32,000 nucleotides of DNA from Methanobrevibacter sp. (GCA_051892775.1 JBJFGN010000018.1:1-32000); one strand, 5' to 3'; positions 9,359 through 19,304 are shown, counted from the stretch's first letter. Translations and numbers: made by a program. Notes: generated by a model not told the origin, from the sequence alone.

Positions 9359-10438
9359 ATGAGTTTATTTGGAAATAATGATGATAATAATGCTAAAGAT
9401 ACACCTAAACAATCTACTATTCGTAACAGTTTAGGTATTGATTTAGGTACTTTAAATACTGTAATTGCAAAACCTTCAGGAGATAAATTTGATTTATACC
9501 AAATTCCTTCTGTTGTTGCTGTTAAAAAAGATGACCCTACTTCTGTTTTAGCAGTTGGTGAAGAAGCAAAATTAATGTTAGGAAGAACACCTGAAGATAT
9601 TATTGCTGTAAGGCCACTTAAAAAAGGGGTTATTGAAAATATTGTTCAAGCTCAATCTTTACTTATTCGTGCAATTCAAATAGGTATTAATGATGGTGAA
9701 TCTGTTGGAAGGCTCGTTATCGGTATTCCAGGAGATTCTTCAGAAGTAGAGAAAAATGCAGCAGAAGAAATTGGAAGAAAAGCTGGTGCCGATGAAGTTA
9801 TTGTAATTAGTGAAGGATTAGCTGCAGCTATTGGTGCTGGATTACCTATTGCAGAACCTAATGGTATTATGGTTATTGATATTGGTGCAGGTTCTACTGA
9901 TTTAGTTGTTATTTCTCTTGGTGGAATTACTGATATTGAAACTGTAAGAGTTGGTGGAGACGACATTGATAATAAAATTGTTGAATTGATTGCTGAAAAA
10001 TATAATGTAGCTATTGGTATTCATGATGCAGAATCTGCTAAAATGGAAGTTGGTATGATTCACTGTAGTGAAACACTTGAAAATTTATCTGTAGAGGTTA
10101 TTGGTAAATCTTTAGAAACTAATAGACCTAAAAAAGTAGTTATTGATTCTATGCTTGTAGCTGATGCTGTTGAACCAGTTATGAAAGCAATTATTGATGG
10201 ATTAAATTTAATCTTTGAAAGATTATCTCCAGAATTAATCATGGGTATCTATAAAAATTCAGTTGCTGTAGGTGGAACTTCAAGATTACGTGGTCTTAAA
10301 GAAAGAATTTACGATGAAGTTGGTGTACCTGTAACTATTTCAGATGATCCAATGACTGTAGTTGCAAAAGGTACCGCTATTGTTGCTGCAGAACCATTAG
10401 CTTTAGAACCTGAAGTACGTCTCAGAGCTATGAAATAG
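9359..10438 (+). CDS. mreB: Actin-like rod-shape protein MreB homologue
   Basis: 359 aa. Actin/Hsp70-fold motifs GIDLGTLNT (phosphate 1), VIDIGAGSTD (phosphate 2), VGGTSRLRGL (adenosine). MreB-like stretches GEEAKLMLGRTPEDIIAVRPLKKGVI and EGLAAAIGAGLPIAEPNG. About 25 aa of N-terminal extension relative to bacterial MreB. Confidence 0.85.
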   Translation: MSLFGNNDDNNAKDTPKQSTIRNSLGIDLGTLNTVIAKPSGDKFDLYQIPSVVAVKKDDPTSVLAVGEEAKLMLGRTPEDIIAVRPLKKGVIENIVQAQSLLIRAIQIGINDGESVGRLVIGIPGDSSEVEKNAAEEIGRKAGADEVIVISEGLAAAIGAGLPIAEPNGIMVIDIGAGSTDLVVISLGGITDIETVRVGGDDIDNKIVELIAEKYNVAIGIHDAESAKMEVGMIHCSETLENLSVEVIGKSLETNRPKKVVIDSMLVADAVEPVMKAIIDGLNLIFERLSPELIMGIYKNSVAVGGTSRLRGLKERIYDEVGVPVTISDDPMTVVAKGTAIVAAEPLALEPEVRLRAMK

Positions 10439-10588
10439 ATTTTTTTAATCTATTATTTTATTTTTTTATTAATATTTTATAATTATTTTTTTATTTTTAA
10501 CTTTATTAGTCTATTTTTTATTATTCTCTTAAAAAGGAGTTGTTTTTTTATTTTTAGACTATTTATTATTTTATTTTAAGGTTATATT

Positions 10589-11233
10589 ATGGATATAATG
10601 GGTGTTGATGAAGCAGGACGAGGTCCAGTACTAGGACCTATGGTTATTGGAGGAATTGTGGTTCCTGAAAAAATGAATCCTGTACTTGAAAGAATGGGTG
10701 TTAAAGACTCTAAAAAATTAACTCCTGAAAGGAGAGCTGTACTTGCACGTAAATTATCTAAAATGTTTGATTATGATACAGTGATAATTAGTGCAAAAGA
10801 TATTGATAATTTGAGATCAAAGGGTGTTAATCTCAATGATATTGAAAAATTAGGGATGATTAAACTCATCCGTAAATTAACTCCTGAAGAAGTTATTATT
10901 GATGCTGTAGATATTAAAGAATTACGTTTTCAAAATCAAATTCAAAAAGAACTTGGTGATGATATTAAAGTCATTGCTAAACATAAAGCAGATGATACTT
11001 ATGTTCAAGTAGGTGCAGCATCTATTATGGCTAAAGTTACTCGTGATAATATTATTGCAGATATAAATAAAGATTATGAAGATATGGGCGGTATTGGATC
11101 AGGTTATCCAAGTGATCCTCATACTAAACATTTTTTATCTAAATTTACTTATAATGAACTTCCAGATTTTGTTAGAAAGTCTTGGAATACTGTTAAGAAA
11201 ATGAAAGATGATGAGTCTCAATTAAGATTCTAA
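10589..11233 (+). CDS. rnhB: Ribonuclease HII
   Basis: 214 aa. GVDEAGRGPVLGPMV (catalytic DE), DSKKL and ADDTY...GAASIMAKV motifs. Weak SD AAGGT upstream. Confidence 0.95.
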   Translation: MDIMGVDEAGRGPVLGPMVIGGIVVPEKMNPVLERMGVKDSKKLTPERRAVLARKLSKMFDYDTVIISAKDIDNLRSKGVNLNDIEKLGMIKLIRKLTPEEVIIDAVDIKELRFQNQIQKELGDDIKVIAKHKADDTYVQVGAASIMAKVTRDNIIADINKDYEDMGGIGSGYPSDPHTKHFLSKFTYNELPDFVRKSWNTVKKMKDDESQLRF

Positions 11234-11429
11234 TTATATTCTATTTTTCTATTTTTTTTATTTTACTTTTTAAAGAAAATATATTCTCAACAGAGTTAAT
11301 ATTTTTATTTAATAATAAAATTTATTTAAGTTTAAACTAAATACTATATTTGTATATTATATTTTTTTTGAAGATTAATTTGATTTTCATTAAATATTTT
11401 TTATAATTTATAAAATAGTGAGGAATAAA

Positions 11430-12269
11430 ATGATTATTGAACAGTTTGGTACACTCATGGCAGGAATTGTTGATTTCTTTAAAAATGGGGGTATTATTAC
11501 TTATCTTATCACATTTATTGGGATTTACGGTTTTTTAACTGCACTTCAAAAAATCAGTTATCTTAGAAAAATAGGTGATGTTGATGCAACTGAGATTATG
11601 GGTATAGTGTCTGTTGCTATGGAACGTGGAGGTGCTATTGAAGCTCTAAAAGAGATTAGTCCTTATAAAAATCCTGTTTCAAGAATTATTTCTGAGGCTT
11701 TAAAAATAGGTTATAAAAATAAGACTGAAGTTGAAGAAAGTATGGAACAAATTTTTATTGTTGAAACAAGTAAAATGACTAAGGGTTTAGATATGATTAA
11801 AACAATTACCGAACTTGCCCCTTTTTTAGGTTTAATTGGTACTGTATTTGGTATTTGGATGACCTTTAAGGCTTTAGGTGTTAATCCTTCATCTGCAGCT
11901 ATGGCTGAAGGTATTTATGTAGCTTTAATTACAACAATTGCTGGTTTATGTGTGGCTATTGTATTATTACCACTTTATACCTATATTAAATCATTAATTG
12001 ATAAAGAAATGGATAAAATTGAACTTGCTACTAAAATGACTAATTGGAATTATGCAGTAGCTAAAATTAGAGTATCTGAAAATTTACCTTGTGTAATTAA
12101 ATCATTACAAGAAGGTGAAGGTATTGTTAATGTAAGGGAAATATCTGAACCTAATGCTAATATTCAAATTTCATTTAAACCTAGTATGTTAGAAAAAAGT
12201 ATTAGTAATATCATCTTAGAAATGTGTAATGTTGGTTCTGAGATTGTTGAAAGTAAACTCAAACAATAA
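11430..12269 (+). CDS. exbB: MotA/TolQ/ExbB-family proton-channel protein with ~80-aa C-terminal extension
   Basis: Three TM helices, with the family signature ELAPFLGLIGTVFGIWMTF and YVALITTIAGLCVAIVLL. ATG 11430 is preferred because GTGAGGA at 11418-11424 (the ORF-track start) reads as the SD. Confidence 0.85.
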   Translation: MIIEQFGTLMAGIVDFFKNGGIITYLITFIGIYGFLTALQKISYLRKIGDVDATEIMGIVSVAMERGGAIEALKEISPYKNPVSRIISEALKIGYKNKTEVEESMEQIFIVETSKMTKGLDMIKTITELAPFLGLIGTVFGIWMTFKALGVNPSSAAMAEGIYVALITTIAGLCVAIVLLPLYTYIKSLIDKEMDKIELATKMTNWNYAVAKIRVSENLPCVIKSLQEGEGIVNVREISEPNANIQISFKPSMLEKSISNIILEMCNVGSEIVESKLKQ

Positions 12270-12278
12270 GGTGAGCTT

Positions 12279-12713
12279 ATGAGTTTAGATATTAAATCAA
12301 GAAAGGAAAGATTAAAAGAAGATAAAGTTAATATTAATCTTGTTCCTTTTATTGATATTCTATTTACAATTTTAATATTTGTTGTTGTAACTAGTAGTTT
12401 TGCTGGTACTGCAATGCAAGATCAGTCACAAAATAATGTATCTGCTTCAGGTAAACCTAATGTAACAGATACATCCGGTAATTCTGAATATTATATTATT
12501 CCAGTTCAAGGATTACATAAAGTAACTGTTAATGGACAAGATATGTCTTCTTATATTAAGGATGATTCTATTGCTATTCATGCACAAGTTATTGACTCTG
12601 GTCAGATAAATGTGGATAGTAGAAATAAAGAAATTATTATCACGGCTCCTGATGGTATGGATCCTAAAAAAGCTGTAAGATCTCCTTCAGATAAGGATAA
12701 AACGGAATCATAA
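12279..12713 (+). CDS. exbD: ExbD/TolR-family biopolymer transport protein
   Basis: 144 aa. N-terminal INLVPFIDILFTILIFVVVTSSF TM motif typical of ExbD/TolR. SD AGGTGA and a 9-nt gap after exbB. Confidence 0.8.
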   Translation: MSLDIKSRKERLKEDKVNINLVPFIDILFTILIFVVVTSSFAGTAMQDQSQNNVSASGKPNVTDTSGNSEYYIIPVQGLHKVTVNGQDMSSYIKDDSIAIHAQVIDSGQINVDSRNKEIIITAPDGMDPKKAVRSPSDKDKTES

Positions 12714-12724
12714 TCTTTAATTAA

Positions 12725-12790
12725 TTTTTATTTTTTATTTTTTGGTTTTTGTATTTGGGTTTTCTATTTTTTGTTTTTATGTTTTCTAAA
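12725..12790 (+). terminator. Oligo-T terminator region after exbD
   Basis: Multiple T5-T6 runs (ttttt att tttt att tttt gg ttttt ...) directly after the stop at 12711-12713. Confidence 0.4.
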
Positions 12791-12979
12791 TTTATTATAA
12801 AATCATATTTAATTTAAATATAAATAGTTTTTAAGAATTTAAATTTTTAAGTAAAACACGTTTTTTAAAAGGATGTTTATTTTTTGATTTTTTAAAAATT
12901 AAATAAGAAATAATAAATATTTTGTTTATCAAATTTATTTTTAAATAAAAAAATGTTTTTTTTATTAAGGAGGTATTTA

Positions 12980-13618
12980 ATGTATTTGGGAAGAATTTTA
13001 GCAGTAGGTATGAATTGTGATAAAAAACCATTTGTTGCATATAGGGTATCAAGTAGACATTTTCCTAATAGACAAGCAAAAGTAAATGGTGTGGAAGCAG
13101 CAATAATTCCAAGGCCCGGTTTTGAAACAGATATCTTTAAAAACACTTATATTGCATATAATTGTATTAGGATTGTTGATGATTTGGCTATTGTATCTAA
13201 TGGTTCTCAAACAGATGTTATTGCAGATAAACTTGCTATGGGTATGAATATAAAAGATGCACTTGCATATTCTCTTTTAACTATGGATTATGAAAAAGAT
13301 GATTATCATACTCCTCGTATTGCAGGCGTCGTTAGTTCAAATACTAATAAAGATGAATATGAAGCATATGTAGGTATTGTAACTGATTCAAAAATTATTG
13401 TTGAAAAATTAGATTATGGTCAGGCAGTTTATATTTCTGTATATGAACATCAAGAACCTCATACTATAGAATATAATGCATCTACTAGTGAAGAAATTGC
13501 TCAGTATATATTTGATCAAGGGGAATTTGCAGATTTTGAACATCCTGTAACTTCTGTTGGTTCAGTTTATGATGGAAAATGGAGTACTTCTGCAGTAGTA
13601 CCTGATTTTAATGAATAA
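12980..13618 (+). CDS. purO: Archaeal IMP cyclohydrolase
   Basis: N-terminus [33 protein letters not shown] is typical of PurO. Strong SD AAGGAGGT at 12967-12974, 5 nt before ATG 12980. The ORF-track start at 12953 is rejected. Confidence 0.9.
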   Translation: MYLGRILAVGMNCDKKPFVAYRVSSRHFPNRQAKVNGVEAAIIPRPGFETDIFKNTYIAYNCIRIVDDLAIVSNGSQTDVIADKLAMGMNIKDALAYSLLTMDYEKDDYHTPRIAGVVSSNTNKDEYEAYVGIVTDSKIIVEKLDYGQAVYISVYEHQEPHTIEYNASTSEEIAQYIFDQGEFADFEHPVTSVGSVYDGKWSTSAVVPDFNE

Positions 13619-13767
13619 AATTATAGTTTATAATACTTTTTAATATATTTAAATAGAAAATATTATGGCATATTAATTTATATTTTTATATGTAAAAGAA
13701 TCGGGAATATTAGTTGTTAGATATTTGTTTTTATATGTGTTTGGAAATTATATAAAGAGATGGTGTT

Positions 13768-14532
13768 ATGAATTTAGAATTATTCGGATTAGAAGGAATT
13801 CCTATTGTTAATAAAGGTGAAAATATTGCGGAATTAATTTTAAAAGCATTAAAAAATCAGGGCAAAACTCTTGAAGATAAGGATATTATTTTAGTTGCAG
13901 AAACTCTTGTTTCTAAAGCAGAAGGTAATGTTATAAAGTTAGGTGATATTTTACCTTCAGATGATGCAATACTAATTGCTAAAAAATCTAAAAAGGATTC
14001 TAAATTAGTTGAAGCTATTATTCAAGAGGCAAGGGAAGTTGTTGCAGTTGGTCCTGATTTTGTTATTACTGAAACAAATCAGGGTTTTGTATGTGCAAAT
14101 TCTGGAATTGACGAATCAAATGTAGGGGATGGATTAGCAACTCCTATGCCAGAAGATGCAGATTTATCTGCAAAAAAAATAAGGGAAGAACTTGAAAAAG
14201 CAACTGGTAAGGAATTAGCTGTAATTATTACTGATACTCAAGGAAGAGCATTTAGAGTTGGTGCAGTTGGTGTTGCTATTGGATGTTCTGGTATTGATCC
14301 TTTGTGGAAAAGGCAAGGTGATGAAGATTTATATGGTAGAAAATTACATAGCTCTGAAGTAGCTACTGCAGATGAACTTGCTGCTGCTGCTTCTTTAGTA
14401 CAAGGTCAAGCAGATGAAGGGTTACCTGTTGTTGTTATTAGAGGATTCTCTGCATTTGATACTTTAAGAAACACTGAAAGTGATATTCATCCCCTTCTTC
14501 GCCCAAAAGAATTTGATGTATTTAGAAATTAA
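13768..14532 (+). CDS. cofE: Coenzyme F420-0:L-glutamate ligase
   Basis: 254 aa. GFVCANSGIDESN and TDTQGRAFR motifs of the CofE family. SD GATGGTG upstream. Confidence 0.9.
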   Translation: MNLELFGLEGIPIVNKGENIAELILKALKNQGKTLEDKDIILVAETLVSKAEGNVIKLGDILPSDDAILIAKKSKKDSKLVEAIIQEAREVVAVGPDFVITETNQGFVCANSGIDESNVGDGLATPMPEDADLSAKKIREELEKATGKELAVIITDTQGRAFRVGAVGVAIGCSGIDPLWKRQGDEDLYGRKLHSSEVATADELAAAASLVQGQADEGLPVVVIRGFSAFDTLRNTESDIHPLLRPKEFDVFRN

Positions 14533-14580
14533 ATTTTTATTTATTTTCTTTTTTTAATTACTAAAATATTAGGTGTATTC

Positions 14581-15495
14581 ATGAAGATTGCTGTTTTATC
14601 TGGAGGAACTGGAACTCCAAAATTACTTCAGGGTTTAAAAGAGATTGTAAATCCTGAAGATTTAAGTATTATTGTAAATACTGTAGAAAATAATTATTTT
14701 TCTGGGGTTTATATTAGTGGGGATATTGATGTTGTGATGTATACTTTAATAGACATGATTGATGAAGAATTTTGGTATGGTATTAAAGGAGATACCTATG
14801 TTACAAATAATACTCTTGAAAAATTAGGTTGTCCTGAAAAATTAAGAATTGGTGATAAAGATCGGGCAATAATGATGCAAAAAACCAAATTATTAAAAGA
14901 AGGACATAAACTATCTGAAATTGTAGATTTGCAAAGAAAAAAATTAGGTATTAAATCTAAGATTATGCCCATGAGTGATATTGATTCTGATATTTACATT
15001 GATACAAATATTGGTAAATTAGATTTTCATGATTTTTTAATTGATAAACAATGTAGTCCTCAAGTTAATGATGTCGTGTATTCAATTGTACCTCCTGCTC
15101 CAAATGTAATTGATACAATTAAAAATTCTGACATGGTTATTATTGGTCCATCAAATCCTATAACTTCTATAATGCCTATTGTTTCAATTGATGGTGTAAA
15201 AGATGCATTAAAAGATAAATATGTTGTTGCAGTATCTCCTATGGTTGGGGATGGTGCAGTAAGTGGTCCTGCTGGTAAATTTATGAATGCTTTAGGTTAT
15301 GATGCATCTTGTATTGGGGTTGCAAATTTATATTCTGACTTTGTAGATAAGTTAATAATTGATTATCAGGATAAGGATTTAAAGGAGGATGTTAAAAAAA
15401 TTATTTCTGATGTTGGAATCTGTGATACTATGATGAATTCATTAGATATCAAGAAAAATCTTGCAGAAAAAGTTTTAGATTCATATAAAATTTAA
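14581..15495 (+). CDS. cofD: 2-phospho-L-lactate transferase (F420 biosynthesis)
   Basis: 304 aa. N-terminal MKIAVLSGGTGTPKLLQGL and GPSNPITSI motifs of the CofD family. SD AGGTG upstream. Confidence 0.9.
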   Translation: MKIAVLSGGTGTPKLLQGLKEIVNPEDLSIIVNTVENNYFSGVYISGDIDVVMYTLIDMIDEEFWYGIKGDTYVTNNTLEKLGCPEKLRIGDKDRAIMMQKTKLLKEGHKLSEIVDLQRKKLGIKSKIMPMSDIDSDIYIDTNIGKLDFHDFLIDKQCSPQVNDVVYSIVPPAPNVIDTIKNSDMVIIGPSNPITSIMPIVSIDGVKDALKDKYVVAVSPMVGDGAVSGPAGKFMNALGYDASCIGVANLYSDFVDKLIIDYQDKDLKEDVKKIISDVGICDTMMNSLDIKKNLAEKVLDSYKI

Positions 15496-15634
15496 TCTTT
15501 ATTAATTGATGTTTTTTATTAAAACTTTAATTCTTTTCTTAGTTTTTTAAGTTTTATATAAACTTTGGGTTTTCAAGTAAAACTAAAATAATTAAATACT
15601 ATTAAAATAATATACTTTATTATTGGTGAATAAT

Positions 15635-16396
15635 ATGATTCAAATGACATTAATACAAATTGATAATTATGGTCCCTGGACTGTTACTCCAAGACCTCGT
15701 AATGAGTCAGACCTTCAAATTTTACAAGCAGAACTATTTGCAGATGTTCAAAGACAGGTTGCAATGAAAAAAGGATTAGTCTTCTTCACACGTTTTGATA
15801 ATATGTTAGCTATTACAAATGGTTTAAATGAAGAAGATCATTTGAGGATACAAAGATCTATAAGAAATAGATATCCTATTACTATAAGTATGGGTGTAGG
15901 TGCAGCAAAAACACCACATGAGGCTCAATTAAAAGCAACTCTTGCATTACAACATGAAGGAGGTGCTCAATCATCAAATAGAAAGGAAATTTTAGCTATT
16001 GATTCTATGGCTGATTCTGATGATTCTTATGTTCAAGTTGCTCATGTTGACATTAATAGTGTTACAGAAACATTAACAGATAAAGAATCTGCTTTTGATA
16101 CTAATTTTATGGTAAATAAGGCACAACATTATTTAATGACTAAACTTATTAAAAAAGGAGCATTATTATTCTTTATTGGTGGAGACAATTTTATGGCTCC
16201 ATGTAATGGTTTATCTGAAGAAGAGATTAAGGAAATTTTAATTCAAATTAAAGATGAAATTGGTATTGGTCTTAAAGCAGGTATTGGTAGAGGAAGAAAT
16301 GCTGAAGATGCTGCATATATGGCTGATTTAGGTTTAAGAAAAATCCGTAAAGGAAATAATATGGAGTGGACTGAAGTTTTTGAGAAAGGTTGTTGA
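15635..16396 (+). CDS. arfA: GTP cyclohydrolase III (archaeal riboflavin/F420 precursor pathway)
   Basis: [28 protein letters not shown]... and [13 protein letters not shown] closely resemble the MJ0145-type enzyme. The GGTGA at 15625-15629 within the ORF-track TTG start reads as the SD for ATG 15635. Confidence 0.9.
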   Translation: MIQMTLIQIDNYGPWTVTPRPRNESDLQILQAELFADVQRQVAMKKGLVFFTRFDNMLAITNGLNEEDHLRIQRSIRNRYPITISMGVGAAKTPHEAQLKATLALQHEGGAQSSNRKEILAIDSMADSDDSYVQVAHVDINSVTETLTDKESAFDTNFMVNKAQHYLMTKLIKKGALLFFIGGDNFMAPCNGLSEEEIKEILIQIKDEIGIGLKAGIGRGRNAEDAAYMADLGLRKIRKGNNMEWTEVFEKGC

Positions 16397-16435
16397 TTAA
16401 TAAATCTTTAATCATATTATTCTATTATTTTTTTC

Positions 16436-17206
16436 ATGATTTTTAATTTTTCTACTATTTTTTTAAGGAGAGTTATATTTATTAAAGTTTTAGCACCTAT
16501 GGCAGGTATTTGTAATGGTGATTTTGCATTAAAACTAATTCCTTATGGTTTTGATACTGTTACATTAGGTGGATTTAATATTGATAAATTGTCTATTGAT
16601 GCAGGATCTAAAATTATTAAAAGAGGAAGAAAAGAGTTTGATATACCTTATTCTAAAATTATAAATTTTATTGATAATGAGGCATCTAAAGTTAAAAATA
16701 ATTCTGATGTTAAAGTTTCTGTTAATTTAAGAAGTGTTAATCCAGATAAAATTATTGAAGTAAGTAAACTTGATTCTGTTGATATAGTTGAAATTAATTG
16801 TCATTGTAGACAAGAAGAATTGCAATTAATCTCTTGTGGCCAAGCAATGCTTAAACGTCATGATTTAAAAGAGTATATTGGTGAAGTTGTAAATAATTCT
16901 CGTGCTGAAGTTTCTGTTAAAATAAGAGGAAATGTTAATGGGGTTGATACATTAGATATTTCACGGCTTATTGATGATTCTGGTGCTGATTATTTACATG
17001 TTGATGCAATGAAACCTGGTGTTTCTGATGCAGATTATAATTTAATTACTGATATATCTGAAAATACTGATATTTTTATAATTGGAAATAATTCTATTGA
17101 TTCTTTAAATAAAGCAAGAAAAATGTTAAATGCAGGGGCAGATGGTTTTTCAATAGCTCGTGCTGCAATAAGTGGAAAATTAGATTTTAATTTAAATAAT
17201 TTATAG
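16436..17206 (+). CDS. Dus/NifR3-like TIM-barrel protein of unknown function (archaeal nifR3-related family)
   Basis: VLAPMAGICNGDF N-terminal motif and EINCHCRQ, as in dihydrouridine-synthase-like flavin TIM barrels. The start is ambiguous: ATG 16436 has no SD, whereas AAGGAGAG at 16465-16472 precedes only ATA (16475) and ATT (16481), and the next ATG is at 16499. Confidence 0.6.
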   Translation: MIFNFSTIFLRRVIFIKVLAPMAGICNGDFALKLIPYGFDTVTLGGFNIDKLSIDAGSKIIKRGRKEFDIPYSKIINFIDNEASKVKNNSDVKVSVNLRSVNPDKIIEVSKLDSVDIVEINCHCRQEELQLISCGQAMLKRHDLKEYIGEVVNNSRAEVSVKIRGNVNGVDTLDISRLIDDSGADYLHVDAMKPGVSDADYNLITDISENTDIFIIGNNSIDSLNKARKMLNAGADGFSIARAAISGKLDFNLNNL

Positions 17207-17662
17207 TTATTTTTTATTTATTAATTTAAATTTAATTTGGTATCTATTTTTTATTGTTTGTATTTTAATTGATTTTATTGATTTTCTAATTTTTTCTTGT
17301 TTTGCTTTATTGATTTTATAATCTATTTTCATTCGTTATTTTAAGAACAATCTTATTTTCTATAGTTTTTTAATAATTTTTTAAAATTTTATAACGGGGT
17401 TATATTAAATCTATTTTTTATAAGAATAATTATATAATATTTATTCTAAAATTAATATAGTATAATTTGGATTTTTAAAAAATGATTACTTTACTTTTAA
17501 TTTTTAATCTTTATTTTTAATTAAAAATAGTTTTTAAAAATCCATTTTTTAGAAATTTTTATAAATAATGATTTTTAAAATATATTGTAAGTATAATTTT
17601 TTTTATTTAACAAAGAAGTATAATTTTATTTATAATTTTAATTTCTTAATAAAGGTGGATTT

Positions 17663-19264
17663 ATGAAGTTTATTACATTAAAGAATATTAATAAATCTTT
17701 TAATGGGGTTCAAGTCTTAAAAGATATTAATTTAGAACTTGATGAAGGTGAAACATTAGGTATTTTAGGTCGTAGTGGATCTGGAAAATCTGTTTTAATT
17801 AATATGATGCGTGGAACTAAAGAATATGCTCCAGATAGTGGAGAAATGATTTTCCATGTAGCGATATGTCCTAAATGTTTACATGTAGAAGCTCCTTCTA
17901 AAGCAGGAGAAAAATGTCATGAATGTGGAGAAACTCTTGAGTTAAGAGATATTAATTTATGGGACTGTGATAGATTAGAATTTAATGCAATTAAAAGAAG
18001 AATTGCTATTATGCTCCAAAGGAACTTTGCATTATATGATGAAGCTACTGTAATTGAAAATGTACTTAAGGCTATGGGTGATGAAGGAGAATATGAGGAA
18101 AGGATTTATAAAGCTTTAGATATTCTTGAAATGGTTCAAATGAGTCATAGGGTTACTCATATTGCTCGTGATTTAAGTGGTGGAGAAAAACAAAGGGTAG
18201 TAATTGCAAGACAAATAGCTAAAAATCCTATGTTATTCTTAGCTGATGAACCTACTGGAACATTAGATCCACAAACTGCAGAAACACTTCATCAAAATCT
18301 TCAAAATGCAATTAAAGATAAAGGAATTACTATGGTAATTACTTCTCACTGGCCGGAGGTTATGGAAAAATTAGCAGATAAAGTTATATGGCTAGAAAAT
18401 GGGGAAATTGCTCATTCTGGAGATCCTGTAAAAGTTGTAGAATCTTTCTTAGATACAGTGCCAGTTCCTAAAAAAGTTGAATCTCATGAATCTGGTGCAC
18501 CAGTTGTAAAAATTGAGGATGTTAAAAAACATTATTATTCAATTGAAAGAGGTGTAGTTAAAGCTGTTGATGGCGTTTCTCTTGAAATTAAAGAACAGGA
18601 AATTTTTGGACTTGTTGGATTAAGTGGTGCAGGAAAAACAACATTAACTAAAATGATTAAAGGCCTCACTGAACCTAGTTCTGGTAAAGTTTCTATAAAA
18701 TTAGGTGATGATTGGATTGACATGTCACAACCAGGACCTCTTGCAAGAGGCCGTGTAATTCCATATATTGGTTTATTACACCAGGAATTTTCATTATATC
18801 CTTATAGGGATGTTCTTGGAAATCTTTCAAATTCAATAAGTTTGGATTTGCCTGCAGAATTTGCTAAAATTCAAGCTTTACATGTCCTTGAAGCGGTAGG
18901 TTTCACTTCCCAACAAGTAAGTGAAATTTTAACTAAATATCCTGATGAATTAAGTGAAGGGGAAAAGCATAGGGTAGCTATTGCACAAGTGCTTATTAAA
19001 GAACCAAATATAGTAATGCTTGATGAACCAACAGGTACCATGGATCCAATTACAAGAGTCATTGTCACTGATTCAATACTTAAAGCTCGTGATGAATTAA
19101 AACAAACATTTATTATAGTTTCTCATGATATGGACTTTGTTCTTGATGTTTGTGATCGTGCTGGTTTAATGAGGGGAGGAAAACTTCTTGATGTTGGTAC
19201 TCCTGAAGAAATTGTTAAACAATTAACTTCATCTGAAAAAGAGGATATGCTTAAAAATCAGTAA
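17663..19264 (+). CDS. atwA: Methyl-coenzyme M reductase system component A2 (tandem ABC ATPase)
   Basis: 533 aa with two ABC modules: Walker A GRSGSGKS / GLSGAGKT, signatures LSGGEKQR / LSEGEKHR, Walker B LFLADEPT / [17 protein letters not shown] upstream. Size and architecture fit AtwA. Confidence 0.9.
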   Translation: MKFITLKNINKSFNGVQVLKDINLELDEGETLGILGRSGSGKSVLINMMRGTKEYAPDSGEMIFHVAICPKCLHVEAPSKAGEKCHECGETLELRDINLWDCDRLEFNAIKRRIAIMLQRNFALYDEATVIENVLKAMGDEGEYEERIYKALDILEMVQMSHRVTHIARDLSGGEKQRVVIARQIAKNPMLFLADEPTGTLDPQTAETLHQNLQNAIKDKGITMVITSHWPEVMEKLADKVIWLENGEIAHSGDPVKVVESFLDTVPVPKKVESHESGAPVVKIEDVKKHYYSIERGVVKAVDGVSLEIKEQEIFGLVGLSGAGKTTLTKMIKGLTEPSSGKVSIKLGDDWIDMSQPGPLARGRVIPYIGLLHQEFSLYPYRDVLGNLSNSISLDLPAEFAKIQALHVLEAVGFTSQQVSEILTKYPDELSEGEKHRVAIAQVLIKEPNIVMLDEPTGTMDPITRVIVTDSILKARDELKQTFIIVSHDMDFVLDVCDRAGLMRGGKLLDVGTPEEIVKQLTSSEKEDMLKNQ

Positions 19265-19287
19265 TCATTTATCTATTTAATTATTGG

Positions 19288-19304
19288 TTTTTTCAATTTT
19301 TTTT
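19288..19304 (+). terminator. Oligo-T terminator candidate after atwA
   Basis: T6 (19288-19293) and T8 (19297-19304) shortly after the stop at 19262-19264. Confidence 0.4.

Noticed and set aside
9676-10242. Antisense ORFs 9676-9966 and 10060-10242 inside mreB
   Set aside because: They lie opposite a gene with complete actin-fold motifs. The P/S/I/T-rich translation is typical of the reverse frame of G/A/I-rich codons.
12831-13146. Minus-strand ORFs 12831-13052 and 12892-13146
   Set aside because: They overlap the purO promoter, SD and 5' coding region. Their K/F/L/N low-complexity translations have no recognisable family, and purO explains the region.
17268-17317. Short repeats ATTGATTTT (tandem at 17268-17285, again at 17309-17317) downstream of the TIM-barrel gene
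   Set aside because: These are 9-mers of almost pure A/T in a T-rich terminator-like spacer. They are too short and low in complexity to distinguish from chance.
17469-17543. 13-bp inverted repeat GGATTTTTAAAAA ... TTTTTAAAAATCC in the 457-nt atwA upstream spacer
   Set aside because: Most of the arm is the self-complementary TTTTTAAAAA, which is common in this composition, so only GGA/TCC adds information. There is no supporting conservation or adjacent structure, so I did not call an RNA or operator.
18535-19068. Antisense ORFs 18535-18723 and 18871-19068 inside atwA
   Set aside because: They are embedded opposite the second ABC module, with no SD and no recognisable family.
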